Both the position numbers and the translations under genes were made by a program. From positions 82,040 to 146,039 of the forward strand of contig NIVC01001270.1 of the NCBI GenBank assembly GCA_002269645.1: a DNA stretch of 64,000 bases, written 5' to 3'. This DNA comes from Macrostomum lignano (lineage: Eukaryota). The notes beneath the pieces are model-generated. The model had not been told where the DNA came from, made no database searches, and worked only from the letters and a program-made list of their open reading frames with translations. Positions 21,879-33,859 of the stretch are shown here, piece after piece (positions within the stretch are counted from its first letter, which is position 1; each line of letters begins with the position of its first letter).

Positions 21879-24800
21879 ATGTTCGATAACGGCAACCAGG
21901 ACGTGTCTGCTGGAGGCAACTCGACTGATGCCGCCGCCGCTTCTGCTGCTGCTGCTGCTTCTAGCGACAGCAATGGCGCGATTGAGCGGAAGCGGGCCCG
22001 GAAACGGCGCTGGGGTGGCGATGATCAAGAGAAGATCCAAATTCCTGGTGAGGGTATTGACTGTTTGTCATTGAAGCCACCATCTGTAATACCAAATTAG
22101 ACATCTCAGATCCCATATTAGTCATCTCAGATCCCACATTAGACATCTCAGATCCCCATATTAGGCATCTCAGATCCCATATTAGTCATCTCAGATCCCA
22201 TATTAGACATCTCAAATCCTATATTAGACATCTCAGATCCCATATTAGTCATCTCAGATCCCCATATTAGACATCTCAGATCCCATATTAGTCATCTCAG
22301 ATCCCATATTAGTCATCTCAGATCCCATATTAGTCATCTCAGATCCCATATTAGACATCTCAAATCCCCATATTAGACATCTCAGATCCCATATTAGTCA
22401 TCTCTGATCCCCATATTAGACATCTCAGATCCCATATTAGTCATCTCAGATCCCATATTAGTCATCTCAGATCCAATATTAGACATCTCAGATCCCATAT
22501 TAGACATCTCAGATAGATCCCCATATTAGACATCTCAGATCCCCATATTAGTCATCTCAGATCCTATATTAGTCATCTCAGATCCCATATTAGTCATCTC
22601 AGATCCAATATTAGACATCTCAGATAGATCCCCATATTAGGCATATCAGATCCCCGGATTAGGGATCTCAGATCCCATATTAGGCATCTGCTGGTTAGGC
22701 AGCTGCGGCTGAGCTGTGGGTTACATATCTGCCCATTAGGTCAGGTGTAATATGAATTATAGTTATTAATTCTATTATTATTATTATTATCATTATTGTT
22801 ATTAATATTATTACTATTATATTATGCTATTTTTCGCCCGCCCAGGCATGCCCACCATAGTCCCGTCGAACATGGACCCGGACAAGGAGAAGCAGTACAT
22901 CAACCAGATCCAAATTGAGGACATCACTAGGAAGCTGCGGTCTGGCGATCTGGGCATACCGACCGACCCGTCTAGGCGGAGCCCCAGCCCGGAGCCCATC
23001 TACGGCTCCGATGGCAAGCGGTTGAACACGCGCGAGTACAGGACCAAGCGTAAGATGGAGGAACTGCGCCACAAGCTCATACAGGAGGTGCTGGAGCTCA
23101 ATCCGGATTATAAGCCGCCCAGCGACTACAAGCCGCCGACTGTGAAGGTCACGGAAAAGGTTCGGCACAGCTGTGATGTTCCTTTTTCCTACCTTGTGCT
23201 TCTTGTCTGCTGGATATGCCGATCCTTATGTCTCCTTACCCTCTCTCCTGTCTGTCCTCATGTCTCATCTCACCCTCTCTCCTGTCTGTTCTCATGTCTC
23301 ATCTCACCCTCTCTCCTGTCTGTTCTCATGTCTCATCTCCCCCTCTCTCCTTTCTTTTTTGATGTCTCATCTCACCCTCTCTCCTGTCTGTCCTCATGTC
23401 TCCTCTCACCCTCTCTCCTGTCTGTCCTCATGTCTCATCTCCCCCTCTCTCCTTTCTGTTTTGATGTCTCATCTCACCCTCTCTCCTGTCTGTCCTCATG
23501 TCTCCTCTCACCCTCTCTCCTGTCTGTCCTCATGTCTCCTCTCCCCCTCTCTCCTGTCTGTCCTCATGTCTCATCTCACCCTCTCTCCTGTCTGTCCTCA
23601 TGTCTCCTCTCCCCCTCTCTCCTGTCTGTCCTCATGTCTCATCTCACCATCTCTCCTGTCTGTCCTCATGTCTCCTCTCACCCTCTCTCCAAGTTTCTCT
23701 TCTCTTCATCATTCTACCAACCCTAGCACTGTCCGATGCCAATTAGCAGTTGCTTAGAGTAAACATAATGTTATAACCGCTGCAATTTGTCTTTAACCTC
23801 CACCTTCTGCCCAGATCTACATACCTCAGGAGGAGCACCCGGACGTGAATTTTGTGGGCCTAATCATTGGACCGCGCGGCAACACGCTGAAGAATCTCGA
23901 GCGCGAGACCAACTGCCGGATAATTATTCGGGGCAAAGGCAGCGTGAAAGAAGGTGAGGCCGCGCGTTTGGATTGTTCCTTGTCTTTATTAGATTTTAAT
24001 TAATGGTTTTTGCCCTGTTAACTCATATGCTAACGATACTACTTTTTTCTCTCGTACAAGTAGCATTATAAACATTTTTGTTCGTCCAAAATTTAGGAAA
24101 AATTCGCGACGGCACAAAAATGCCCGGCGAAGACGACGATCTGCACGCGTACGTCACCTCGATGTCTTCCGACAGTGTGCGCAATGCCATCGAAAAGATC
24201 CGGGCCATTATTAAGCAGGGTGAGTTGAGCTATCGCATTTTATAGACTTAGCACTTAAAATAGGGCCTGATTTGACAGGCTAAGTTTAGAAGCTAGGGTG
24301 GATTTGATGGACTGAACACCTGAGATAGGGGTGGATTTGATAGAATGAACACCTGAAATAGTGGCGGATTTGATAGACTCAACATCTGAGGTAGGGGCGG
24401 ATTTGATAGATTGAACGTCTGAGATAGGGGTGGATTTGATGGACTGAACACCTGAGATAGGGGTGGATTTGATAGAATGAACACCTGAGATAGGGGCGGA
24501 TTTGATAGAATGAACACCTGAGATAGGGGCGGATTTGATAGATTGAACACCTGAGATAGTGGCGGATTTGATAGACTGAACACCTGAAATAGGGGCGGAT
24601 TTGATAGATTGAACGTCTGAAATAGGGGCGGATTTGATAGACTGAACACCTGATATGGGGCGGATTTGATAGACTGAACACCTGATATGGGGCGGATTTG
24701 ATAGACTGAACACCTGAAATAGGGGCGGATTTGATAGACTGAACACCTGATATGGGGCGGATTTGATAGACTGAACACCTGAAATAGGGGCGGATTTGAT

Positions 24801-26357
24801 AGATTGAACACCTGATGTGGGGCGGATTTGATAGACTGAACACCTGAGATAGGGGCGGATTTGATAGATTGAACACCTGATATGGGGCGGATTTGATAGA
24901 CTGAACACCTGAGATAGGGGCGGATTTGATAGACTGAACAGCTGAGATAGGGGCGGATTTGATAGACTGAACACCTGAGATAGGGGCGGATTTGATAGAC
25001 TGAACACCTGAGATAGGGGCGGATTTGATAGACTGAACGTCTGAGATAAGGGCGGATTTGATAGATTGAACGTCTGAGATAAGGGCGGATTTGATAGATT
25101 GAACGTCTGAGATAGGGGCGGATTTGATAGATTGAACGTCTGAGATAAGGGCGGATTTGATAGATTGAACGTCTGAGATAAGGGCGGATTTGATAGATTG
25201 AACGTCTGAGATAAGGGCGGATTTGATAGACTGAACACCTGAGATAGGGGCGGATTTGATAGACTGAACGTCTGAGATAAGGGCGGATTTGATAGATTGA
25301 ACGTCTGAAATAGGGGCGGATTTGATAGATTGAACGTCTGAAATAGGGGCGGATTTGATAGATTGAACGTCTGAAATAGGGGCGGATTTGATAGATTAAA
25401 CGTCTGAAATAGGGGCGGATTTGATGCACCAAGCAAGCAGTCATCCCCGGGGCGCCGCTCCGCTCATCCCCGCCCTCAGGCATCGAGCAGCCGGAGGAGA
25501 ACAACGAACTGAGGCGGAAGCAGCTCCGCGAGCTGGCCCTGTTCAACGGCACCCTGCGCGAAGACGAAGGCCTGGCTAAACTGCGCCAGCTGGCCGAAGC
25601 CTCCGACATCATCACCAACCAGATTGTCTGCACCAACTGCGGCGGCGCCGGCCATCTCGCCAAGGATTGTCGGGCACCACGCGGCGGCGGCGGCAGCGAT
25701 AACGCAGGCGGGCCTGGCAGCGGCGGCGGAGGCCCTGGCGCCCAACATCAGCAGAAGGAGATGGACAGCGAGTACTCGGCTCTCATGCAGGAGCTCGGCG
25801 TCAGTACAGCCTCGTCCTCCACTGCTGCGTCAGCCAATTCAACGTACACCGCCGCGTCGGTAGCAACCAGCAGCTTCGGTGCTGGCGGCAGCGGCCCGGG
25901 GCCTCGGCGCTTTCCGGCGCCGACGCCGTCTGGCGGATTCTCCGCTTCTGGCGGGGGAGGGCCGCCGCCGCGCAACTTCGGCCCGCCGCAGGGCGGATAC
26001 GGCAGGCCGTCCTACTATGGCGGACAGCCCCGGCCGCCTCTGGCCATTGCCGGGCCGCAGCATCATCAGCAGCAGCATCATCAGCAGCAGCACCATCCAG
26101 GCTACGGAGCCGGTCCTGGTGGGCCGCGCAACTGGCACGGCCCGCCGTTTCAGCCCGGGAACCGGCATCCGCCGCCTCCACCGCCGCCGCCGGGCTCGTC
26201 GGCCGGTCCGGCGTGGCGAGCGGCGCCGTCCCGGCCGCGCTTCCCGCCGCCGCGGCCTCCGTCGCAGTCCTGGCTGCCGCCTCCGCCAGGTGTCGGCGGC
26301 TACGGCGGCCACGGAATGCGACTGCCGCCGCCGCCGCCGCCGCCGCCCGGTTACTAA
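21879..26357 (+). CDS. SF1: Splicing factor 1 / branchpoint-bridging protein; exons 21879-22047, 22846-23159, 23815-23953, 24097-24219, 25480-26357
   Basis: ULM ([10 protein letters not shown]), RSPSPEPIY motif, KH domain ([15 protein letters not shown]), QUA2 ([14 protein letters not shown]), zinc knuckle [27 protein letters not shown] and a Pro-rich tail. All GT-AG junctions are phase-consistent. Confidence 0.96.
22097..22689. repeat. Minisatellite, 21-22 bp unit (TTAGACATCTCAGATCCCATA), SF1 intron 1
   Basis: Tandem array starting about 50 nt after the donor. Confidence 0.95.
23228..23690. repeat. Minisatellite, 34 bp unit (CTCACCCTCTCTCCTGTCTGTCCTCATGTCTCAT), SF1 intron 2
   Basis: Tandem array. 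Confidence 0.93.
24294..25426. repeat. Minisatellite, 32-33 bp unit (ATAGGGGCGGATTTGATAGACTGAACACCTGAG), SF1 intron 4
   Basis: Tandem array; source of the spurious minus-strand ORFs at 24255-25663. Confidence 0.96.
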
Positions 26358-27172
26358 GAAGAACACAACACATCCCTGATGTTGCTGTTGTTTCCTTTTC
26401 CTGGCTCTCGCTTTTTATGTCGTTAATTTTCATTGATGAGCTACAAGTACTACTACTGCACTGAGTAGAGTATGCTGCAAAATATTTAAATGCATAGGCA
26501 GTTTTTTATTGTACGCGTGCCCCGTTTTGCTTGCATTATTTGATAATAATATTATGTAGCTTAAATGTAAAATATGTCTATTGTAATTGAGTAAATTTTG
26601 TGTTTAGATGTGCGCGTGTTTTTTTAACTGGCGATTCGGGTTTAGTCTCTGTGCTGCTCCTCCGGGTGTCACCGTTGCAATATGCAGCCAAGTTAATTAC
26701 TCATTACTAGCAGTTCCAGTTGGACATGTGAAAGCAAGTTATTGATAATGTGAACTTTTTGTCTGCATATGAAATCATAATATATCTTAAAAGCGTCGTC
26801 ACGATATAAAAATCTGTAAGTCTTGCGAATATGCCTTTGGTAGTTACGTCACTCCGCTGACCCAAATCAAAGAAGAATTTACAATGCGCATTAAACAACT
26901 TGATGATGCAAATTGAAATTCGCCAAGCGAACTTCGCTTCTCTCGACTGCTATCTACATGATCCAAAGTAGCATCTTGGATAAGGTTACGAGTAATTGCT
27001 AATACAGTACAGGTCTTAAGTGTGACTTCCTGTTGCCAGTTGCCATGCGGGCACACCTTGCGGTAATTGCTGGCCCTATATTTAAACAGGCAAGTATTGC
27101 AGCTTGGCTCTGCATTGCGCTGAGAGTTAAACAGCTTTCTTGCAGTGCGAATTCTTGACACAGACAGCTCAG

Positions 27173-29382
27173 ATGGAGCCCAACACCAATCCCGAGCAGC
27201 TGTACGACAATGCCGAGGAGATCAGCAAGTGCCGCTGTCGCCTGCTAGTGCTGCCGCTGCTGCAGTGTTTCGTCACTTGCCTGTTTGTTGTCGGGCTGGA
27301 GTGCAGCGTAGGTTGGACTTGGCTGAGACCCTCGGCTGCGAGCCGGCAGGCGAGTCATTCAAGTGTTGCCTTAGCTCAATGGGGAGTTGCTGAGGCTCAA
27401 TGGGGAGTTGCTGAGGCTCAATGGGGAGTTGCTGAGGCTCAATAGGGAGTTGCTGTGGTTCAATGGGGAGTTGCTGTGGTTCAATAGGGAGTTGCTGTGG
27501 TTCAATAGGGAGTTGCTGTGGTTCAATAAGGAGTTGCTGAGGTTCAATAGGGAGTTGCTGAGGTTCAATGGGGAATTGCTGAGGTTTAATAGGGAGTTGC
27601 TGAGGCTCAATGGGGAGTTGCTGAGGTTTAATAGGGAGTTGCTGAGGCTCAATGGGGAGTTGCTGAGGTTCAATGGCTCAATGGGGAGTTGCTGTGGTTC
27701 AATGGCTCAATGGGGAGTTGCTGAGATTTAATAGGGAGTTGCTGAGGTTCAATGGGGAGTTGCTGAGATTTAATAGGGAGTTGCTGAGGTTCAATGGGGA
27801 GTTGCTGTGGTTTAATGGGGAGTTGCTGAGGTTCAGTGGGGAGTTGCTGTGGTTCAGTGGGGAGTTGCTGTGGTTCAATGACTCAATGGGGAGTTGCTGT
27901 GGTTTAATGGGGAGTTGCTGAGGTTCAGTGGGGAGTTGCTGTGGTTCAGTGGGGAGTTGCTGTGGTTCAATGACTCAATGGGGAGTTGCTGAGGTTCAAT
28001 TGCAGTGGATAGTGGAATCTCGGCTTGGGTCTGTTCGTGCAATTACGAGCTTTGAGGGCCTTGTGGGCCAACCCCTAATTGGCATAGTAAAGTGTACATG
28101 CCTAACGATAAATAAAGTTAGAGCCGCTGTACACTCCTGTGTGAGTGTGCCTGTCCTATGAATGTGTACACATGTACGTTTCCGCGCGCTTCTGCTCAGG
28201 TGAGCTGACAGAAGGGTAATGCCTCTCGCCGGTTGTGCGACAAATGTCGCTAAAAGTGCAAAAAGGCACGGTGCACACAGCCCGTGGCTGTAACTAAAAA
28301 CTAAATGGCTCAATGGGGAGTTGCTGCTGAGACGGCAAGGCTTAAGCGGAAGTTTTGAAATGTCATGGCTGAAGATGGGCTTCTGAGTTGTCGTGGCAAG
28401 AAGGACCAGCGTATTCGATCAGTAGTTTGAGAATTTTCAGAGTAAATTTAAAATGGAGTGTAAGAGCATGCGTGTAAATTAATATTTACACGCTATCTAC
28501 ACTATAAGTGCGCTAAACACCCTCATTGCTCGCAGGACCTAATCAGTCTTGTCGTGCTGCCCTGCCCTAACAGCGCGAGCGGCCAGCTGTACTCCTGCCC
28601 GGACGGTTCCGACTGCCGTCTGCCGCTGGGCGAGCGACTCGACTCGAGCTTGGGTCCCTCGTATCGACTGGAGCAAAACAGTTCTGTACGAGTTCTGCTG
28701 AGCGGGAGCTTCCGCATCACCGCTCAAGTGAATGCCAATGTTCTGTGTATATGGACTAGATTAGCAATCCATTGTATTGCTTCCTGTTTGTAGGATATAG
28801 ATTAGCAATCCATTGTATTGCCTCCTGTTTGTAGGCTATAGATTAGCAATCCATTGTATTGCCTCCTGTTTGTAGGATATAGATTAGCAATCCATTGTAT
28901 TGCTTCCTGTTTGTAGGATATAGATTAGCAATCCATTGTATTGCCTCCTGTTTGTAGGCTATAGATTAGCTTAGCAATCCATTGTATTGCTTCCTGTTTG
29001 TAGGATATAGATTAGCAAATTCCCAGAGAGATTAGATATCCCTTTACCGTCGAAATCGATTGACCATTCGTTCAAATTTCTTTTTCTACGATACCGATTA
29101 GCAGTAAGCGCAGTGCAAAAATATTCCCAATCTTCACCATCTCACTCGCAGATAGCGTGTCACACCACATGTAATAATACAGCTTGTGGCAACATGAGCG
29201 CTTCCATTGAGCTGCATAACAACAGGAATCTCCGGTGCTTCAAGAACAACAGCAAGTACCAGTTCTGCAACTTCTACGAGCTGCTTGATCTGTCAGCCAA
29301 TGACAAGGTCAGCTTTCGCAGCAACTGCCAAGTGGCCTGCGCCAAGCACATGACCAGCATGTCGATTGAACGAATCAGCTGA
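27173..29382 (+). CDS. Type II membrane protein with a TNF/C1q-like beta-sandwich ectodomain (199 aa); exons 27173-27349, 28536-28727, 29152-29382
   Basis: Three exons join in phase 0 (first intron GC-AG). Short N-terminal tail, hydrophobic segment, then VRVLLSGSFRITAQI and LDLSANDKVSF, which resemble TNF-homology strands. The family call is motif-based inference. Confidence 0.6.
27374..28000. repeat. Minisatellite, 21 bp unit (CTCAATGGGGAGTTGCTGAGG), intron 1 of the TNF-like gene
   Basis: Tandem array; one further unit at about 28306-28330, beyond the SINE. Confidence 0.95.
28005..28296 (+). mobile_element. SINE-like element, copy B, embedded at the end of the minisatellite
   Basis: Colinear similarity to 11821-12145 (GGAATCTCGGCTTGG, 30-nt identical core, TAATGCCTCT.GCCGGTTGTG). 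Confidence 0.7.
28757..29017. repeat. Minisatellite, 41 bp unit, intron 2 of the TNF-like gene
   Basis: TAGATTAGCAATCCATTGTATTGCTTCCTGTTTGTAGGATA, about 6 copies. Confidence 0.95.
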
Positions 29383-30315
29383 GGAAGAGTCTTAGATAAC
29401 GAGCTATGCGACGGACTGGATCTCAGATCTTAACTAAAGTACTGGATGAGCCACTCGATAAATGTATCTGATTTTTTAACCTATTTTCGATCGCAGATAC
29501 TAGAATAACTAGTTATGTATGTCGAAAAAATGCGCTTGTCTACTCTTTTTCAGTAGTAAAATTAGCGTTTTTTAAAAGCGGACTTCTAGGAATGCCTCAG
29601 ACTCGAAATTATTTACAAAGAAATGAATTATGAATTTAAGATTGAAGATTTCAGGAAAACTTGAAAAACCCAAATCCAGTTTGTGTGTATAGAGAAACGG
29701 GGTTGGTGCCCCAGCCAGGCCGATAAAAATTTTGGCTTTCCTCTTGCCAACTTTGCTTGACTTTGACTTCTGACTCTGACTTCTCTCTTTACAGCTCTCT
29801 CATTGGCTGAGCGAGATTGGGCCTGTCTTTCCCTAGTCTCAGTTTCGTCCATCTAACTCTGATCTCTCTACTTACTGCTCTCTCATTGGCTGAGCTGGAT
29901 TGGGTGCTTACTTGTGTACATCGAGTTAAATGCCTATTGTTGATTCCTAACCCCCATATTCTTTGAGGTCATAAACTAGGAAGGAAAGGAGATTTTAGCT
30001 GCCACATTAAATTTAAGTGGCGCTGCGCAGACAAACTACTGAAAAATAGTAGACGCTGTACTTTTTCACAACTTTACTTGCGAGTGACATATCCATTAGT
30101 TATTGCATCTGTGCTTTCTATTGAACACCATATGATTTTTTTGCGGTAACTCGTCAGATCTGTGGGCTTTGACCATAGACAAAATGCTCGGAGCCAATAA
30201 AAACTGGGAGAGGGTGGCCCAAATATAGTGCTTTAGTATTCGTAGTTCATCAAATTTACAATACTAATTTAACCCAAATTCGACTTGTATTCACGAACTA
30301 GCGTGCTCGACTTTT

Positions 30316-31556
30316 AATCCCAGACAGTGGTGGGAGTGAGGAGTGCCCATTTTTTTCGCGCCTACGATTTTTTTTCGCGCCGCAAGTTTTTTTGTGTCAA
30401 TCTTTTTTGCCATACATTGACTAAATAATGTTCAAAAGAGTAACTCTGATCGAAAAAAACGATTGTTGTGTTGTTGCAACAGCTTGACTATAATTTAACA
30501 TCGTAGTCGTAGACAATAGTGCGCCACTCGCACTCGTGGGTCTCGTGTATTGCATTTTATTAGGTCTTACTTAGGTCTTACTTAGGAATTATTTAAATGA
30601 AAGTTATTGAATTGCTAAAGATTAAATTCGAAATAATCGTAACTTGCATTTGTTATAATTCAAGCTAGACTAAATCTAATATATGAAATCGAAAGCTATA
30701 TACGAGAGCGTATCTAACTTTGGAAGATGTAATTTTAAGCAAGTAAAAGGCAACTAACATAGCATTAGCCTAAAAAAACATTACGACTAATTGTTCAATA
30801 TTGTCATTGTCACGCTGTTGTTATCCAGAGCGGAACTTTTTCTGTTGAACGCTTTCTGGCAGAGGGTTCGACAATGACTGCTCAATAGCTCGACGCTTGA
30901 GCACCGTCTCAGTGATTTTGTCGGCCTGTTTCAGCTTCTTCTTCTGCAGCTTGTCTTGTCTGTGTCGCAGGTCGTCCAGCTCACGATCTCGGTCCTCCTT
31001 CGCCTTAGTCATTTCCAGCAACAGCTTCTGAGCGTCATCCCTCTGCTTCTGCTTCTTCTTTATATGCTCGTTAGTCTCCAGAACAGAATTTTCTAAGTCT
31101 GTGAATGTCTTGCTTGCGCTTTTCTCGTTTCGAATTTCGGAGAGGACACTCTTCTCGAGCTCTTCCCTCTTCTTGCGCTCCTCTTCTTGCTTCTCTTCTT
31201 CCAGCCGTCGGCGGTACGCAGCATAGGCGCTGTTGCACAGGTTCCGCAACCTAAGCGAGACTGGTAGCGTAGCAGCTGTCCAACATTTAGCAGCAAGGCA
31301 AGAGCGCGCGACGAGTTTCAGCATAACACAAGTTTATTTAAACAACAATAAGTTTACAAGTGAAAGTACAGCTGTAGGAGACACTGGGGGTGTGGCAGTC
31401 ACTGGCAAAGTAAAGCAAAATCAGCTCACTTTTTTCGCGCATTGAGCATAAAAAAAAATCGCGCCTCGCCTCACAAATCGCGCATTCGCGCCATTAATCC
31501 CGAAATTCGCGCCAGGCGCGAATTCGCGCCTCACTCCCACCACTTGGTCTGGGATT
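30316..31556 (-). mobile_element. Internally deleted DNA transposon, probably hAT-like
   Basis: Inverted ends AGTGGTGGGAGTGAGG / CCTCACTCCCACCACT, subterminal TTCGCGCC repeats at both ends. No clean TSD found. Confidence 0.6.
30821..31324 (-). pseudogene. C-terminal coiled-coil fragment of a putative transposase
   Basis: LPVSLRLRNLCNSAYAAYRRRLEEEK resembles the C-terminal helix I recall from hAT-like transposases; no catalytic domain present. Confidence 0.4.
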
Positions 31557-31875
31557 CCCAGACTAATTATTTACACCTTTTTCAGTTCAATTTCAACAAA
31601 ACTCGCATTCAATTTCGGCAAGCTGACATTCAATTTCGGCAATTGGATATTATATTTCATACTATAGTAAGGGCGCTAATTTGTCTATGGACAAAACTTG
31701 CTCCTGCATGCCGATTTCTCATTCAATTTCGGGATTCTGCATTCAATTTCAACATGAAGGTCCGAGAGCAGAGGCAGAAGCGGCTTTATGAGTTGCGCCA
31801 GACATGGACACAATCCTGTCCTTTCTCATGCGCGTCAAGAAGGTGGGTTCTGTCACGTTATTGGCGTAGAGGCTA

Positions 31876-32580
31876 TGACCCTTAGAAGGGCCGTTTTACG
31901 AGAGTTGTCGTAAGTCGTAGTCCCAAAATGAATTGAAGTCAATTCTTGCAAAGCGGATTGTGTAGCGGAGCACTTAGCGTATAAGGGCAGGAAACTGCCG
32001 TAGTTAATTTATTGTTGAGATCAGTATTCAAACTGGTTAATGTCAATACAGAACTTATTGCGCTTTGGGACACTGGCGGCTGCAACAATGGTTTTGAAGG
32101 TAGTTAGAATATGAAGTCGAGTGGCAGGCGAAGGATACAATGGCGACGCAACGTAGTGAGTGATGTCGATGAGCACAGTGAAGGCAGTGAGCAGTAAGTA
32201 AACAGGCAGATAAGTAACGGTGAGAGTGGCGTTAGCCGTGGCAGTACACAGTGGAGTACAGAGTGTGAACAGGCTGGCCCAGACAGAGGAGCCGTGGCGA
32301 GAGATAAGGAGGCTCGAGGCAGCCAAGAGAGAGAAGGAAAACGAGAGCCAGACGCCCGAAGCCAGAAGTGAGGAGGCGAGGGTAGGGAGGCGCCCAGCCC
32401 GCCGCCAGACGGGGGGTTAATAAAGAGCGCAGAGGGCTAGCAATATACACGCGGAGAGTTTTCATTGGCTGGCGAGAGAACTTGAAATTATCGATCGTGG
32501 TAAAATTTACAGACGAACGCGAGTCCTACCAAATACACAGTGAATTAGCAATTGATACAGATTATTTGCACGCTACTACA
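31876..32580 (+). mobile_element. Possible relic (3' internal piece plus LTR) of a family related to the 46385-52323 element
   Basis: 23-nt identity with 48155-48177, then GAGAGT|TGTCGTA at 31906, AATAAA near 32419 and TACTACA at 32574-32580. Confidence 0.35.
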
Positions 32581-33509
32581 AGTAAACGTTAAAATAAACT
32601 ATTAGAGAAATTAAAATGAGAAATTACAAGGGAAACTATAGTCCAACGGCCCTTTTGCGGGACCACTTAAACTAGCAACGTCACAGTTCTGTCTCCGTCA
32701 GACATCTGTCCGTAATGGACCCCAGGGTTCAACCCCATCATCTTCGTCACCGATTTTTTCTTCATCTCCCGCTTCTTCAAACATCACCTCGTCGCTCATT
32801 CTTCTGATTTGTACGGTAATATCTTAAATGAATTGAGTGTATGCTCCCGTACATGAAACAAAATTGTCTTCTGGAAGCGAATTTGAAGGAGAGCACTAAG
32901 TTTAAAGAGGGATGCAATAGAGAGCCTCAAACAGTTACAGCCTTAAATGCAGCATGCCGAAATTGAATGACGGTTGAAATAGGTAAATACATGTATAGAA
33001 TAATGAAATAGAATGTGAGTTTTGTTGAAGTTGAACGGAAAAGGTGTCATTGAGTGTCGTTTGACACCTCAGCTAATACGGATTGTCTTTGGAAAAATGA
33101 ATGGACTAATTCAATGACCGATTGTATTGCCATTTTGTGCAACATTTTGCGGTGTTTTCTCAATGTATGCGTGTCCCGCGTCCTGGAAGCGTTACACTAC
33201 CGGCCCTCGCAGCATCCTCGCCATTCTAGCATTCATCATTGTGATTTACCTCGACGTCTGCATTACTCAAATTAGCAGCTTGAGGCACAATGCAAGGCAG
33301 GTAGGCAAGCCAAGCACAGCGAGCGCTTCTTGCTTTGACAAATTAAAATGACAGACGAGCCGGTCAACAGCAATGCTAGGCTCTAATCAAAATAAATAGC
33401 CAGTGCTGAGATGGCCGCTGCTGCTGCATTATGCAGGACAACAATAAGTAATTCCCAGCTTTGCTGTTCGGGCCTAGCGGTGAAGAAACTCATCAAGAAA
33501 AAAGCCAAT

Positions 33510-33720
33510 TTTTGCTTTGGCCTTGATTCTTTAAGCGGTTCCTTCTGAGCAGTTCAGAGTGATCAGTTCGATTCACTCCCATGAGGACCATGCAACCGCC
33601 AAGGCACAGACAGTGTACATGCTTGACGATTAGAAAGTCAGGGCTGCTGTACACCCTGAGTGCGTGCCTAAGTGCAGCATTGGAGCGCGGTGCTCAGGAG
33701 TCAGCGGAATGGGTAGAGGG
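33510..33720 (+). mobile_element. SINE-like element, diverged copy C (further fragments near 59040-59110 and 61530-61710)
   Basis: GTGTACATGCTTGACGATTAGAAAGTCAGGGC and GTGCTCAGGAGTCAGCGGAATGGG match family motifs; B-box GGTTCGATTCC at 61571. Confidence 0.5.
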
Positions 33721-33859
33721 TAGAATTGCCTCAGCGCTGGTGTACATGGGATGATGTCGCCGAAGAGCTGTTCCCAATGACAATTGAGCTTTTCATTGAG
33801 GCCTTCGGACATTTTCAAGAAATTTCCATCTATTATGCTGAACTTATCAGATACGTACA

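Noticed and set aside
24255-25663. Minus-strand ORFs of 393 and 456 aa
   Set aside because: Derived from the 33-bp minisatellite and antisense SF1 exon.
26357-27173. Possible SF1 and TNF-like operon with trans-splicing (816-bp gap, acceptor-like TTTCTTGCAG at 27144)
   Set aside because: A TATA-like CTATATTTAAA at 27076 suggests an independent promoter; cannot be decided without transcripts, and no spliced-leader gene was recognised.
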